Below, piece after piece: positions 10,400 to 21,430 of a DNA stretch of 64,000 nucleotides. A program made the translations under genes and the position numbers. The notes beneath the pieces are model-generated. The model was not told where the DNA came from, made no database searches, and was given only the letters and a program-made list of their open reading frames with translations. The first letter of the stretch is position 1, and every line of letters starts with the position of its first letter. The stretch comes from an uncultured bacterium (GTDB taxonomy: Bacteria; Spirochaetota; UBA4802; UB4802), in assembly GCA_937920495.1 (NCBI GenBank), contig CALEUQ010000005.1, positions 12,682 to 76,681 of the forward strand, in the 5' to 3' direction.

Positions 10400-12853
10400 T
10401 TATGTGAGCTTGTGTGCGATAGCATCTCGGGTCTTTGCCACAATATCATCCACAGTGAGTGTATCAGGATACATTGGGGGCAGTATATGTATACTTATTG
10501 GTGTTGGTCTGGGTAGTATATTGCCACGTTTGAATGATTGGTATGCACCATTAATTGCTATCGGTACTACCGGACAATTAAGTTCTTTGCTTAAGATAGC
10601 AAATGTCTTTTTAAAGGTTCCAAGCTGTCCATCAACAGTACGAGTACCTTCAGGGAATATTATAATGTTACGTTTATTCTGAAGAATGGATGCCATTTTC
10701 TGAATGGAATCCTTAAGGTTAGTATCGATATTAACGATTATAGTATTCATTAACTTAGCCAGAGAATCTCCCCGGGATACTTTAATAAAACCAAGTTCAC
10801 GGGATAAAAAGTAGGTGTATATTAATGTTTTATTTGGTAATGATGAAATAAGAAGAACGGAATCTAAAAAACTTTGATGATTTGGGGCAAATATAACGGG
10901 GTTATCTGGAATATTTTCTTTACCGTAAAGATGTAATTTGAAATATAGTTTTGTTATTGGCTTGAGAATATATTTTGCAAATAAAATTAAAGAAAATCCA
11001 TGCTTAAAAGTATATGAGGTGTTTTTGATAATAACCTGTAGCCAGTTCTGAGCCTGTTCTTCAAATTTTAATTTATGCTGGGCAATAAAAATAGATAAAC
11101 CTTCAACGGTAGGATTATTGAGGATATCAGCATTTGATATACTAATGCCAAATGTTTCTTCAATATATGTCTGAAAAGAAAGTATGCCTAAGGAATCCAG
11201 ATTAAGATCCAGCAAAAGGTTGTGATGAGGTAATACTTTTCTACGAGTATGAATAGTTAAAAATCTCTGGATTGATTTATATTCAACCGTTTTGGGTTCT
11301 TTTATGTTTGTATGTTTTTCTTCTTTTTCTTCGTTTGCTACAAGTTGCTTTACTACATATCGCTGGAGTTTGCCCAATCTGGTTTTTGGCAATTCATCTT
11401 TGGAGATAGTTATTTTAGTAATATGCTTATAACTTGCAACGCTGGCATTATATCGGTTGATGACTTTTCGTTTTATTGTTTCCAGGATATTGACAATATT
11501 TTCCTTTGCAATCATACTGTAATCAGGATGAATGACTGCCGTAAGATTCCCCTTATCTTCAATTACTCCTATTTCCTTTATGAGCGGTGATATGCGTAAG
11601 ATGTGTTTTTCAATTTCTTCAGGGTTTATATTTTTACCACTGGGTAACACAATCATATCATCCTTTCTGCCTGTTATATAAAGGTATCCATCATTATCAA
11701 AATAACCGGTATCTTTAGTATGAAACCATCCATCAGTAATGACCTGATCTGTTGCCTTCTTGTTTTTGTAATATCCTTTCATTACATTTCTGCCTTTAAC
11801 CAGAATTTCTCCATCAACTATCTTTACTTCTGTTCCTTTAACTGGTAAACCAACAGAGCCCAACTTTACTTTTGAAAAAGGGTTAAAGGCAACCAAAGGT
11901 GCAGTTTCGGTTAATCCGTATCCTTCAACCAGATTAAACCCCAATGTTTTGAGGTCATTAGCAACTTTTGGATCTAATTTGGCGCCACCGGTAAGAAAAG
12001 CATGAATATGGCCACCAAACGCATTGTGTATCTTCTTAAAAAGTAGTTTTGAAAATGTTAGATTATTCACTGCTTTTGCTACTAAAAATAGACTATATGC
12101 AACTGGATTCTTTTTTACTGCAGCCATGATGTTTTTATGCAAAAGTTCATATAAACGAGGTATTCCTAAAAACATGGTGACACTGTGCTTCTGCAATGCA
12201 GCCAGTATTTTATCAAGCACCAGCTCTTTTACCATCACTACAGAAGCATTGAGATACAGCGGTGCGGTAACACAACCCTGTAGTGGGAAGATATGGTAAA
12301 ATGGCAACAATGCAATCATGCGGTCATCCTGCGTAAGCATCTTTAGATCAGCAATTGCCTGGATGCTGCAAAGCAGGTTATCGTAGGTGAGCATAACTCC
12401 TTTTGGTTTTCCAGTTGTGCCTGATGTGTACATAATGATTGCAGTATCATTGTAATTGATTTCAGGAAATGGCAGTGTTGTATCTGGTTTAGATTGTATT
12501 TGTTCTAATATCAATACACGGGGTTTAAATTTTATCAGTTTCAATGTCCTTTTTACTGTAGGTAGGGTATTAATTGAGCAATATATTGCTTTAGGTGTAC
12601 AGTTATTGAGAATATATGATAGCTCATGTTCTTTCAGGTTATAATCACATGGGACTGCGATTCCTTTTTTAGCCCATACACTGTAGAATGCATAAATCCA
12701 TTCAGGGCTGTTTTCGGCAAATATGAGGACTCTATCTCCTTTGTTAATTTTTAAATTTAAAGCAAACGAAGTAATATTTTGAATAAGTTCGTTATATGAA
12801 ATTTCTTTATCTGCAATGTATATTGCTATTTTGTCAGAAGGTTTTGGGAACAT
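10400..12853 (-). CDS. Multidomain acyl-CoA/ACP synthetase - ACP - PlsC acyltransferase (Aas-like)
   Basis: YTSGTTGKPKG, GYGLTE; LDSL phosphopantetheine site; NHQSFLD and FPEGTRT acyltransferase motifs. Confidence 0.9.
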   Translation of the reverse strand: MFPKPSDKIAIYIADKEISYNELIQNITSFALNLKINKGDRVLIFAENSPEWIYAFYSVWAKKGIAVPCDYNLKEHELSYILNNCTPKAIYCSINTLPTVKRTLKLIKFKPRVLILEQIQSKPDTTLPFPEINYNDTAIIMYTSGTTGKPKGVMLTYDNLLCSIQAIADLKMLTQDDRMIALLPFYHIFPLQGCVTAPLYLNASVVMVKELVLDKILAALQKHSVTMFLGIPRLYELLHKNIMAAVKKNPVAYSLFLVAKAVNNLTFSKLLFKKIHNAFGGHIHAFLTGGAKLDPKVANDLKTLGFNLVEGYGLTETAPLVAFNPFSKVKLGSVGLPVKGTEVKIVDGEILVKGRNVMKGYYKNKKATDQVITDGWFHTKDTGYFDNDGYLYITGRKDDMIVLPSGKNINPEEIEKHILRISPLIKEIGVIEDKGNLTAVIHPDYSMIAKENIVNILETIKRKVINRYNASVASYKHITKITISKDELPKTRLGKLQRYVVKQLVANEEKEEKHTNIKEPKTVEYKSIQRFLTIHTRRKVLPHHNLLLDLNLDSLGILSFQTYIEETFGISISNADILNNPTVEGLSIFIAQHKLKFEEQAQNWLQVIIKNTSYTFKHGFSLILFAKYILKPITKLYFKLHLYGKENIPDNPVIFAPNHQSFLDSVLLISSLPNKTLIYTYFLSRELGFIKVSRGDSLAKLMNTIIVNIDTNLKDSIQKMASILQNKRNIIIFPEGTRTVDGQLGTFKKTFAILSKELNCPVVPIAINGAYQSFKRGNILPRPTPISIHILPPMYPDTLTVDDIVAKTRDAIAHKLT

Positions 12854-13245
12854 GGGTTATTCTCCTAACAGGATATGTAAAAGAAATGTTGCACTCATTT
12901 AGATAACTTGGAGTATCATTATGCATACTGTAATAGTAATTTCCATAGTAACTATTACATAGAGTACATATCAATAGTTTCACAATTAGTTTAATGAAAA
13001 TTTGCAATCATTTTATAATAAATACAAATTTATAATCAGTTGTCAAGTACAATTAAAAGTTATACCATAGGTGAACAATACCATATAATGTCAGATTTCT
13101 GAAGCAGGCAATGTAAAATTTAAAATTTTAAAATATGGTATTTAAATACATAAACATCAAATAAAAATATAAAAAATCTTGCCAAACTCTTATGTTGCTG
13201 TAATATATCATGAAATTACCTAACTAGATCTAATAAGAGTTTGCT

Positions 13246-14358
13246 ATGGATTATACATTTGTTCAATACAATAAGCATAAACAGTTAATTATTAAGGAAT
13301 ACAGCCGTAAAGAGTTTATTGCTGTGTGTTCCGATTTATTGTACCGGCCAAAAAAGCTATTTGTTGGATTGGGTGACTTCCTTGAAATTGGTGATTATAA
13401 CCAATTGCTGGATGCCATCTTTTATGATGAGGAAAGCTCAATTATTGAGAACTTTCTTGATGAAGCAAATCGCACACTTTCTGGAAAAGGGCAGATACCA
13501 TTTTCATTTTTAAAATTGGCAGTGTACTACCCTGATTATCTTTTAAAGGATGTACCCACTCAATGTGCATTAACTGTTGGTGCTAAAACCCGTCTTTTTC
13601 CAGGTGCCTGTCATTTTATGAATTTTATGAAACAGTATAATCCATCAATACTGACAGCAATTCCTTATGAACTGGCTATTGAAATTATAAAAAGAGTTGG
13701 GCTTGATGATAACCATCTTGTTGCAACAGAATATAAAAAGGCTACAGGCACTAAAAATATTGAATTATATGCAGGTGATATTGAACAATTTATTTCAGGC
13801 GAAAGGAAAATCATTGAAATTGAAAAATATATGGCACAAACAAATACAAAAGAAGAAGATGTCCTGTATATTGGAAGAGGTGAGTCAAGCGTTATCACGT
13901 TTTCCAAAATTAATTCTATTGCGTTTAATCCATCGGATGCAATCATCCCGTCATCTCATATTACTGTGTATGGCTCATCTCTGGAATCGCTCCTGGTATT
14001 ATTTAATGATTCAAAAGAAATAAACAAATTTTTACTATCGGATATTGGCGAACACATTTTGCCGTCACTTATTGTATTATCCGATGTAAAAGAAAAACCA
14101 AAGGAGATAATCGAGTTAGAAAAAAAACACAGACGATTACAGGCAAATATTATTGGGCAAAGAATAGAACACGGCACTGAAAGTTACACTACATTAAAGC
14201 GTGATATTGAGTTATCATTGAGTGCGTACCCTTTTAATTTTCAGGCAATAAAGGATATGGTGCGTTCACGATTGGAAAAATTCAGAATAAATCCTGAAGC
14301 TTTTGTAAATGAAATATGTGCGATAGCTCAAAAGAGATATCAAAGCTGGGGTATGTAA
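13246..14358 (+). CDS. Hypothetical protein, possibly degenerate HAD-like fold
   Basis: 370-aa ORF; LFPGA, LYIGRGESS and IAFNP resemble HAD motifs but no DxD. Confidence 0.6.
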   Translation: MDYTFVQYNKHKQLIIKEYSRKEFIAVCSDLLYRPKKLFVGLGDFLEIGDYNQLLDAIFYDEESSIIENFLDEANRTLSGKGQIPFSFLKLAVYYPDYLLKDVPTQCALTVGAKTRLFPGACHFMNFMKQYNPSILTAIPYELAIEIIKRVGLDDNHLVATEYKKATGTKNIELYAGDIEQFISGERKIIEIEKYMAQTNTKEEDVLYIGRGESSVITFSKINSIAFNPSDAIIPSSHITVYGSSLESLLVLFNDSKEINKFLLSDIGEHILPSLIVLSDVKEKPKEIIELEKKHRRLQANIIGQRIEHGTESYTTLKRDIELSLSAYPFNFQAIKDMVRSRLEKFRINPEAFVNEICAIAQKRYQSWGM

Positions 14359-14419
14359 TATGTAACAAATTACCATAATCTGCGCTTTTGCCATATACGC
14401 TATATTGGGAGGGGGTACG

Positions 14420-14914
14420 ATGGCATCCTGTAAGATTATATGTGCTGTATTATTAATTTTTATCATATCGCTGTTTTATTGGGATAATGTTTTTGCTCAA
14501 TCTATTGGATATAATCAATTATTTTTAGGAACAACGTATAACAAAGTAAAAGATATATTGCAGTATCAGGATTATGATTACAAAGAAATGAAAATTGGTG
14601 TGATTAAAGTGATAACATATAATGATTCACAATCAAGTGGAATGTTAGTATTTGATTTTTTGGACAGATTATACACTCTAATTATTACAATCCCTGTTAC
14701 TGATGCACAATTTGATCAATTGCAAAAGCATCTACAACATAAATATGGAGAATTTACCGTGGATAAGAATGTATTATTCTGTACCATAGGAATATACCGC
14801 ATAGCTCTGTATCGCAATAAAAACGCACACACTGCTACTGTTGAATATGGCCACACCTTGCCGCTCTTCTATCCTGCAACACCAGCAGAAGAAAATCCAT
14901 TTTCACAGTTTTAA
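14420..14914 (+). CDS. Hypothetical exported protein
   Basis: GGAGG SD; hydrophobic N-terminal signal ending VFA. Confidence 0.65.
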   Translation: MASCKIICAVLLIFIISLFYWDNVFAQSIGYNQLFLGTTYNKVKDILQYQDYDYKEMKIGVIKVITYNDSQSSGMLVFDFLDRLYTLIITIPVTDAQFDQLQKHLQHKYGEFTVDKNVLFCTIGIYRIALYRNKNAHTATVEYGHTLPLFYPATPAEENPFSQF

Positions 14915-14934
14915 TATTTTCAAAGGAAACGATT

Positions 14935-16146
14935 GTGGGTAACTATCGCATATATGGCTTCATTATTCTTTTTATTTTATATTTGACGCAGGGTATTCCC
15001 TTTGGCTTTCAGGTTACTGCGTTACCGGTACTGTTTAGACAATCCGGAGTATCACTTACTATAATTGGATTTAGCAGTCTTCTATCATTACCCTGGATGC
15101 TTAAAATTGTGTGGGCGCCCCTTGTTGATAGATTCTGGATTGCTAAGTTTGGAAGAAGAAAATCATGGTTGGTACCTTTGCAAATGGTGATGGTTGCTTC
15201 AGCATATACTGCTACTCATATTGACATAGCTTTGAATCCAGCGTTATTTGCTGCCACTATTTTTGTCATGAACTTCTGTGCTTCTATACAGGATATTGCA
15301 GTTGATGGATTGGCAATAGATATATTAAAAGATAATGATTTAGGATATGGTAATGCCATCCAGGTTGTTGGGTACAAGATAGGGATGCTCGTAAGTGGTG
15401 GTTTTTTGGTGTGGTTAAGTTCATTCATTGGTTGGAAGGCTGTATTCCATGTAATATGCGGGGTTGTTGCAATTCCTGTATTACTTCTTATCCCTTTTAA
15501 AGAAAATAGTATAACGTACACACAGATCAAGTATATAACAATTAATGATATTTTTACACATATTACGCATGCTGTAAAACAACATGGTGTGATTATTGTA
15601 TTTCTGCTTATAGCAACATATAAAACTGGAGAAACATTCATTGATGGAATGTTTAAGCCTTATCTGGTTGATCAGGGGTTTAGTGCTCAACAAATAGGTT
15701 TATGGCAGGGAATGTATGGTATGGCTGCTTCTATTGCAGGATCAATAATTGGCGGCGTGCTTTCATCGCGCTTTGGGATCTTTAATGGATTGTGGATTTC
15801 ACTGCTGGTACGTGTAATACCATTAGGTGGTGAATGGTATTGTTCACTCATTGTTCCGTCAAGTGAATTGATTATTGCAGTTACTATCGCTGAACATTTT
15901 TTTGGTGGCATGCTGACTACTGCAATGTTTGCATTTATGATGTATACTGTTGACAGGATGATAGGGGCTACACACTATACTATGCTTGCAACTATTGAGG
16001 TACTTGGCAAATCACCTGGAATGTGGTTTTCAGGGTTACTTGCTGATACGTTTGGGTATTCGTACCTTTTTGCATTAGGAATTATTCTTTCAATTTTGCC
16101 AATAGTATTTTTAATAATGGTAAAAAAATTACGAATTATTTCTTAA
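14935..16146 (+). CDS. AmpG-like MFS transporter
   Basis: LYLTQGIPFGF, LPWMLKIVWAPLVD, GRRKSW, QDIAVDG motifs. Confidence 0.88.
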   Translation: MGNYRIYGFIILFILYLTQGIPFGFQVTALPVLFRQSGVSLTIIGFSSLLSLPWMLKIVWAPLVDRFWIAKFGRRKSWLVPLQMVMVASAYTATHIDIALNPALFAATIFVMNFCASIQDIAVDGLAIDILKDNDLGYGNAIQVVGYKIGMLVSGGFLVWLSSFIGWKAVFHVICGVVAIPVLLLIPFKENSITYTQIKYITINDIFTHITHAVKQHGVIIVFLLIATYKTGETFIDGMFKPYLVDQGFSAQQIGLWQGMYGMAASIAGSIIGGVLSSRFGIFNGLWISLLVRVIPLGGEWYCSLIVPSSELIIAVTIAEHFFGGMLTTAMFAFMMYTVDRMIGATHYTMLATIEVLGKSPGMWFSGLLADTFGYSYLFALGIILSILPIVFLIMVKKLRIIS

Positions 16147-16190
16147 AATTTGTTTATGAATAATGAAGTGTACACCTCTGGCAGAAGGCA
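16146..16190 (-). repeat. Partial repeat family A copy
   Basis: TTTATGAATAATGAAGTGTA is identical to 34705-34724 and resembles the reverse complement of 38719-38752. Confidence 0.6.
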
Positions 16191-16322
16191 GTGTTAGTAT
16201 TGACTATTTCATATAGTCCTTGAATGAATATTGATAATTTATGAAAATGTTCTTTACTTTTTTTTAAATTTATATCTGGATATTACTAAATAATAATTAG
16301 ACATTCTGGTAAACTGGATCCA

Positions 16323-18293
16323 ATGTATAAGAAAATTATTTTTGGCATTGTTTTTTTTACTTTTACATTAGTATGTATAAGCTGTAATCAAACACAAACA
16401 TTGCATAAGCAAAGGGCTATAGAGGGCGTTTTAGACCTTAGAAACTGGGATGAATCTGCAAATAATGTCATATCTTTAGATGGAGACTGGGAATTCTACT
16501 GGAATCAGCTTCTTGAACCATCTCAGTTTAAAAAAGGGATAAAACCTTTTACTTTTATAGAAGTTCCCAGGGCATGGAATAAACAGGGTAATTTCAGGTA
16601 TTCTTTTTCTGCGTATGGATATGCAACATATAGATTGCGTATCATCCATGATACAAAGTACGTAGGGCAGATTAAAACGATAATAATGCCGTATGTACAT
16701 ACCGCGTATACTCTGTGGATAAATGGGAAAGTTGTTAGCCAGAATGGCAAGGTTGGCACATCAAAATCTACTATGGTTCCTTTTCAGCTTCCTATTATAA
16801 CACAATTTGTTATTGATTCCACGGTAACAGAAGTTGTATTACACATATCAAACTTCCACCAACGAACGGGCGGTATCTTACGAAGTATAAAATATGGCAA
16901 TTATGATATTATTAATAAACAATATGAACTGGACCTTTTCATGACATTATTTGTCACAGCTGCCCTCATTGTTATTTTGTTATATCATATTGGACTTTTT
17001 ATTTTAAATAAAGAATATAGCACCAATTTATATTTTGCATTGTTTTGTGCAGTTATTGCATTTAGACTTTTATTAACTGATGAAAAGATTTTTGTTAAAA
17101 TGGTTTCGTTTTTACCGTGGGATCTCTATTTGCGCATGGAGTATTTGACTATAGTATTTGGGATTATCTCCTTTGCACATTTCATGAATGGTTTATATCC
17201 TGGAAATGTAAACAAAGTAATACTACGAACTATTGATGTGTATTTTGGGTTTTTCGTTCTTTTTGTATTATTTGTACCTATATCAATAGTTTCAAATTCT
17301 TTACTTTTCATTCAAATTGGATTATTTTTATCAGCTTTTTATTTATTATTTGTTCTAATAAAAAGTATTTCTGTAGAATCGCTTAATTCTATCATACATA
17401 TAGGCGGTTGTGTAATAATGTTTTTTACTCTTGTTAATGATATCTTATATACTCAGCAATTAATAAATAGTATCTACTTGTTTGAGATAGGATTATTAAT
17501 TTTTGTCTTTACACAATCATTAGTTGCACTTGAAGAATCATTAAAGTTACAGAACCGGTTAATCACAATAAATAGTGAATTGCAGGTTGCACGGAGGATT
17601 CAAACAACAATTTTGCCTGAGGTTGTACCCACAACACCTTTGATACATGTTGAAGCATGTTATATCCCAATGGATGAAATAGGCGGCGATTTTTACCACT
17701 TTTATGAATTGGATGAACATAGGTTAGGGATTATTATTGCTGATGTTACCGGGCATGGTATTCCGGCATCTTTATTTGCATCTACAGTTAACATTGCATT
17801 TTCACTACAGCAAAATAATGCAGATAATCCTGCGTTAGTACTGTCTAATATGAATAATATTTTGTATGGTAAAACAGGAGGACAACCAATAACTGCCTTA
17901 TATATGTATATTGATGCATTACAAAAAGTAGTGAAATTCTCAAGAGCAGGTCATCCACATCCTTTAATCTGGAAAAGCAGCAATAAGAAGGTTGTGGAGA
18001 TTGAAATTCCCGGAAAAATACTGGGTGTCTTTGAAAATATTAAAAATGATATTGTAACGTACCCAATACACAGCAATGACAGAATAATATTATATACTGA
18101 TGGAATTACGGAAATTCGAAATAGCAAAAATGAAATATTTGGTATTGAGCGTGTTATGTCATGTATTGAAAACAATCATCATAAAAGTACCAGGGAACTT
18201 ATTGATAGTATTATTGATACAGCTATACAATGGGCAGGAAACAAGAATAAAATAACAGATGATATAACCATAGTGATTGTCGAAATTAAGTAA
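16323..18293 (+). CDS. 7TM-DISM sensor with SpoIIE/PP2C phosphatase domain
   Basis: LDGDWEFYW extracellular domain, about 7 TM segments, GGDFY / ADVTGHG / YTDG / DDIT motifs. Confidence 0.92.
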   Translation: MYKKIIFGIVFFTFTLVCISCNQTQTLHKQRAIEGVLDLRNWDESANNVISLDGDWEFYWNQLLEPSQFKKGIKPFTFIEVPRAWNKQGNFRYSFSAYGYATYRLRIIHDTKYVGQIKTIIMPYVHTAYTLWINGKVVSQNGKVGTSKSTMVPFQLPIITQFVIDSTVTEVVLHISNFHQRTGGILRSIKYGNYDIINKQYELDLFMTLFVTAALIVILLYHIGLFILNKEYSTNLYFALFCAVIAFRLLLTDEKIFVKMVSFLPWDLYLRMEYLTIVFGIISFAHFMNGLYPGNVNKVILRTIDVYFGFFVLFVLFVPISIVSNSLLFIQIGLFLSAFYLLFVLIKSISVESLNSIIHIGGCVIMFFTLVNDILYTQQLINSIYLFEIGLLIFVFTQSLVALEESLKLQNRLITINSELQVARRIQTTILPEVVPTTPLIHVEACYIPMDEIGGDFYHFYELDEHRLGIIIADVTGHGIPASLFASTVNIAFSLQQNNADNPALVLSNMNNILYGKTGGQPITALYMYIDALQKVVKFSRAGHPHPLIWKSSNKKVVEIEIPGKILGVFENIKNDIVTYPIHSNDRIILYTDGITEIRNSKNEIFGIERVMSCIENNHHKSTRELIDSIIDTAIQWAGNKNKITDDITIVIVEIK

Positions 18294-18306
18294 AAACCGC
18301 TCAAGA

Positions 18307-18681
18307 CTATACAATTGCAATTGCATCTATTTCGATAGGAGCACCAGCTGGCAGATCAGAGACTCCTATACATGATCGTGCTGGCGGATTAGATGGGAAA
18401 TATTTTTTATATATTTCATTCATTTTTTGGAAGTTGTGCATATCTTTAAGATACACAGTAATCTTGACAATATTCTGCATATTGCTGCCCGCATTTTCCA
18501 CTATACTTTTGACATTATTCAAGACTAGCTCAGTTGCCCTTGTTATATCGTCAATTACAATATTTTTATTTATATCTATTGGAATAATTCCTGATATAAA
18601 TAAAAATCCATTAGCCTCAACAACATGTGAATACGGACCGCCTTTTGGCAAATTATCAAAATTATGATGTGTAATTGCCAT
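18307..18681 (-). CDS. ridA: RidA/YjgF family enamine deaminase
   Basis: GPYS, PARS, LPAGAPIEIDAIA motifs. Confidence 0.88.
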   Translation of the reverse strand: MAITHHNFDNLPKGGPYSHVVEANGFLFISGIIPIDINKNIVIDDITRATELVLNNVKSIVENAGSNMQNIVKITVYLKDMHNFQKMNEIYKKYFPSNPPARSCIGVSDLPAGAPIEIDAIAIV

Positions 18682-18691
18682 AGTAACCTTG

Positions 18692-19864
18692 TTAAAGTAG
18701 TTTTTTTTCTTCTAATTTTTTCTGAATGGATTGTAGCTGCTTGTAATTATTAATAATTTTGATCATGTACCGGTTATCTGGATCCTGTGATAGGTCAATC
18801 TCTAATGGTTTTTCATAAAATCGTGCCAGCAGCTGCTCGCCAGTTCTCTGGAATTTACAAAATATTATCACTTTAGGTTTCAACATGTCGCTGATGCCAA
18901 AGTCCTTGATAATAGCAAGCTCCTGTGTATTCAGTTCACAAATATCGTTATGTGTATAAAATGCCTGCGTATTGTTTAATATGGGGCCCAACCTATTGAT
19001 GAAAATGTTAATTAATTGATAATCAAATTGCTGATTAATTGCATTTAATATAGCTTTCAGTGCATTACTTGGTTCTATAGCATTCCTGAAAGGGCGTTTT
19101 GATGTTAATGCATCATATATGTCGCACAATCCAATTATTTTGGGATATATGGGCAAGTTTTCATACGGTAAGCCGTAGTAACCATTATTGTTGTAGCGTT
19201 CATGATGAAATAATACTGATTGCAATACTATTGGATGGACATCCTTAATTTTTTTAAGTGTTTCATATCCAAGCTGAGGGTGGCGCTTCATTTTCTGAAT
19301 ATCGGTTATGTTATACTTGCCTTCTTTTTCAAGAAGGTTTTTATCTAATTGCATCTGACCGATGTCGTGTAAATACCCACCTAAAGCTATATTTTTAATC
19401 TCTTCCTTGTTAAAAGTACCAATCATGCGGGCAAGTACAGCACTCAAGATGCCTGCATTGACTGAATGGTTATAGATATATTCTTCATAACTTTTTAGAT
19501 CTTTGAGAAGATTTAATGCTAAAATTTCAGTTGAAGTCAGGTCATTCACAATATCGGTAATAACCTTTTCAGCTTCATGAAATGCCATCTTGCTGATTTT
19601 TTGGCTATGAGCTATTTCATTCATTATCTCTTTTGATTTATTGCGGGCAATCTGCATCCTGAAAGTAGGAATAACGGCCATCTGGCCGTTGTCATTATAG
19701 TAAAGTATGTTGCCATACCGTGCTTTAATGGCATTTATTTTTTCAGCGGTTAAGGCTACACGTGGCGGTAAAACCACATCACCATCTTCAGATATTAGTG
19801 GATAAATGAAACTACTGTTAGGTTTGAGATAATCTACATCTATTTTTATTTTTTTTCCAGGCAT
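18692..19864 (-). CDS. HD-GYP domain protein with variant motif
   Basis: HS, HDIG, HHER, DIYDALTSKRPF; GYP replaced by GYY. Confidence 0.85.
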   Translation of the reverse strand: MPGKKIKIDVDYLKPNSSFIYPLISEDGDVVLPPRVALTAEKINAIKARYGNILYYNDNGQMAVIPTFRMQIARNKSKEIMNEIAHSQKISKMAFHEAEKVITDIVNDLTSTEILALNLLKDLKSYEEYIYNHSVNAGILSAVLARMIGTFNKEEIKNIALGGYLHDIGQMQLDKNLLEKEGKYNITDIQKMKRHPQLGYETLKKIKDVHPIVLQSVLFHHERYNNNGYYGLPYENLPIYPKIIGLCDIYDALTSKRPFRNAIEPSNALKAILNAINQQFDYQLINIFINRLGPILNNTQAFYTHNDICELNTQELAIIKDFGISDMLKPKVIIFCKFQRTGEQLLARFYEKPLEIDLSQDPDNRYMIKIINNYKQLQSIQKKLEEKKLL

Positions 19865-19960
19865 TTAATAATCATAACACATGAATATTTGTTTGATAAT
19901 ATTTGTTTCAATATAGTTAAATTACTTATATAAATCAATTATATTTTTTTGTGATTGATT

Positions 19961-20058
19961 AAAAATTTTTGGCTGATTCCGTAATTTTGGGAAAATTGTA
20001 CAAAATAAGAAAATTTGATAATCTTATTTCCCAAAATTCCGGGAAGATGGAAAATTTT
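19961..20058. repeat. Repeat family B: short element bounded by inverted ends (MITE-like)
   Basis: TTCCGTAATTTTGGGAAA ... TTTCCCAAAATTCCGGGAA; ends recur at 43031/43197, 52701/52864 and 63433. Confidence 0.65.
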
Positions 20059-20061
20059 AAA

Positions 20062-20607
20062 TTACGTAAATACAGTAAAGTTTTTAATGGTTTGAAGCAA
20101 AATCTGAGCTGCATTAAGAGCATCTTCCCTTGTTAATCCACAGTCGTTATATAAAGAATCCGCCATAAATTTTCGTATAGCCAGGTATACATCTTCTGTT
20201 GGATAAAAAAGAAATGCAAAATTTTCACCCTGTGTTTTTAAGATTGTGAATGATGTATATAACATCAAAGGTTCTTTTGGTATCATTATCTTTTCTTGTT
20301 TTTGCCCGGTGATTATGGTCAGATCATCAAAACGGTAAGGTATTGATTTGCCAGCTTCTCTGTGAACTGGTTCTTCATATCTTCGTGAATATGAAGCAGG
20401 CTCAACCAATAGATGTGTTCTGCTCCCGTCTGTTTTAAATGTCAATCCTTCCGCAGTTTGATAAATATCTTTGACATTTTTATATGCAGTTACTTCATAA
20501 ATTGAATATATTGAATCAGCATCAAAAAATGAACAAATTATAAACCCACCATTTGATGGTATCGTATTGCTCATGTATGCTTTAAAAAGTGCAGTTCCTT
20601 TTGCCAT
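20062..20607 (-). CDS. Hypothetical protein
   Basis: ORF with GAGG SD before MAKGTALF; no recognised motif. Confidence 0.7.
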   Translation of the reverse strand: MAKGTALFKAYMSNTIPSNGGFIICSFFDADSIYSIYEVTAYKNVKDIYQTAEGLTFKTDGSRTHLLVEPASYSRRYEEPVHREAGKSIPYRFDDLTIITGQKQEKIMIPKEPLMLYTSFTILKTQGENFAFLFYPTEDVYLAIRKFMADSLYNDCGLTREDALNAAQILLQTIKNFTVFT

Positions 20608-20804
20608 ATAGTACCTCGTGATTATTGTTAAGAATAATAAAGAATAGATTAATTTGAAATTATTGTTCATCAGTATACATCAGGCAAAAGTTAAATGCAA
20701 ACATTTTTTTATTTTATGTTATTTACACTATTTATTCCTGAATATAATTAATACACAAAATATGGAATTAAGTGTACTTCCGTTAACGCAGGTGTACTCC
20801 TGTA

Positions 20805-21407
20805 CTATTTATTGTTTTTCTTTTTATATAAAACAATAGATAAGACTGTTAACAGAAAAAGTGAAAATATTATTAATTTATATTTATTGAGATAGGGGAA
20901 TATAATTTCGTAATTAGATCCCAGAGTATACCCAATCGTAAACAGAATTGTTGATGTTATTGAAAGTGCCAGAAGATCTACCAGCATAAATTTATATAGT
21001 TTCATTCTGGCCAGCCCGGCAGTCAGAAAGATAACATTTCTAACGCCAAAAGGAATGAACCGGCCAAAAAATAATGTTTTTGCTCCATGAGATTGATAGT
21101 AATATTCAATTTTTTGTATTTTATCCAGTGGGTAAAATCTGGCTAATTTCTTGTGTTCCAGAATAAATTTCATTCCAAATCTGCCTAAGCAGTAAGAAAT
21201 AATATCACTGGTATAAGCACCTAATACACAACCAGCAGCAATTTTAAACGTGTGTTCGGGTATAATAGTTGCTGCAATGGAAGCAGAAATAATGAAAATT
21301 ATATCTTCTGATATAGGGAAATTAAATCCTGCGAGAACTAGTAATATGAAAGAAACATAGTGTAAATGGGGTGCAAAATCAAAAAGAAGCTGAGAGATGT
21401 ATGCCAT
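20805..21407 (-). CDS. DedA family membrane protein
   Basis: PISED, GRFIPFGVR motifs. Confidence 0.9.
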   Translation of the reverse strand: MAYISQLLFDFAPHLHYVSFILLVLAGFNFPISEDIIFIISASIAATIIPEHTFKIAAGCVLGAYTSDIISYCLGRFGMKFILEHKKLARFYPLDKIQKIEYYYQSHGAKTLFFGRFIPFGVRNVIFLTAGLARMKLYKFMLVDLLALSITSTILFTIGYTLGSNYEIIFPYLNKYKLIIFSLFLLTVLSIVLYKKKNNK

Positions 21408-21430
21408 AGAAAATTCTCACCACTATATAA

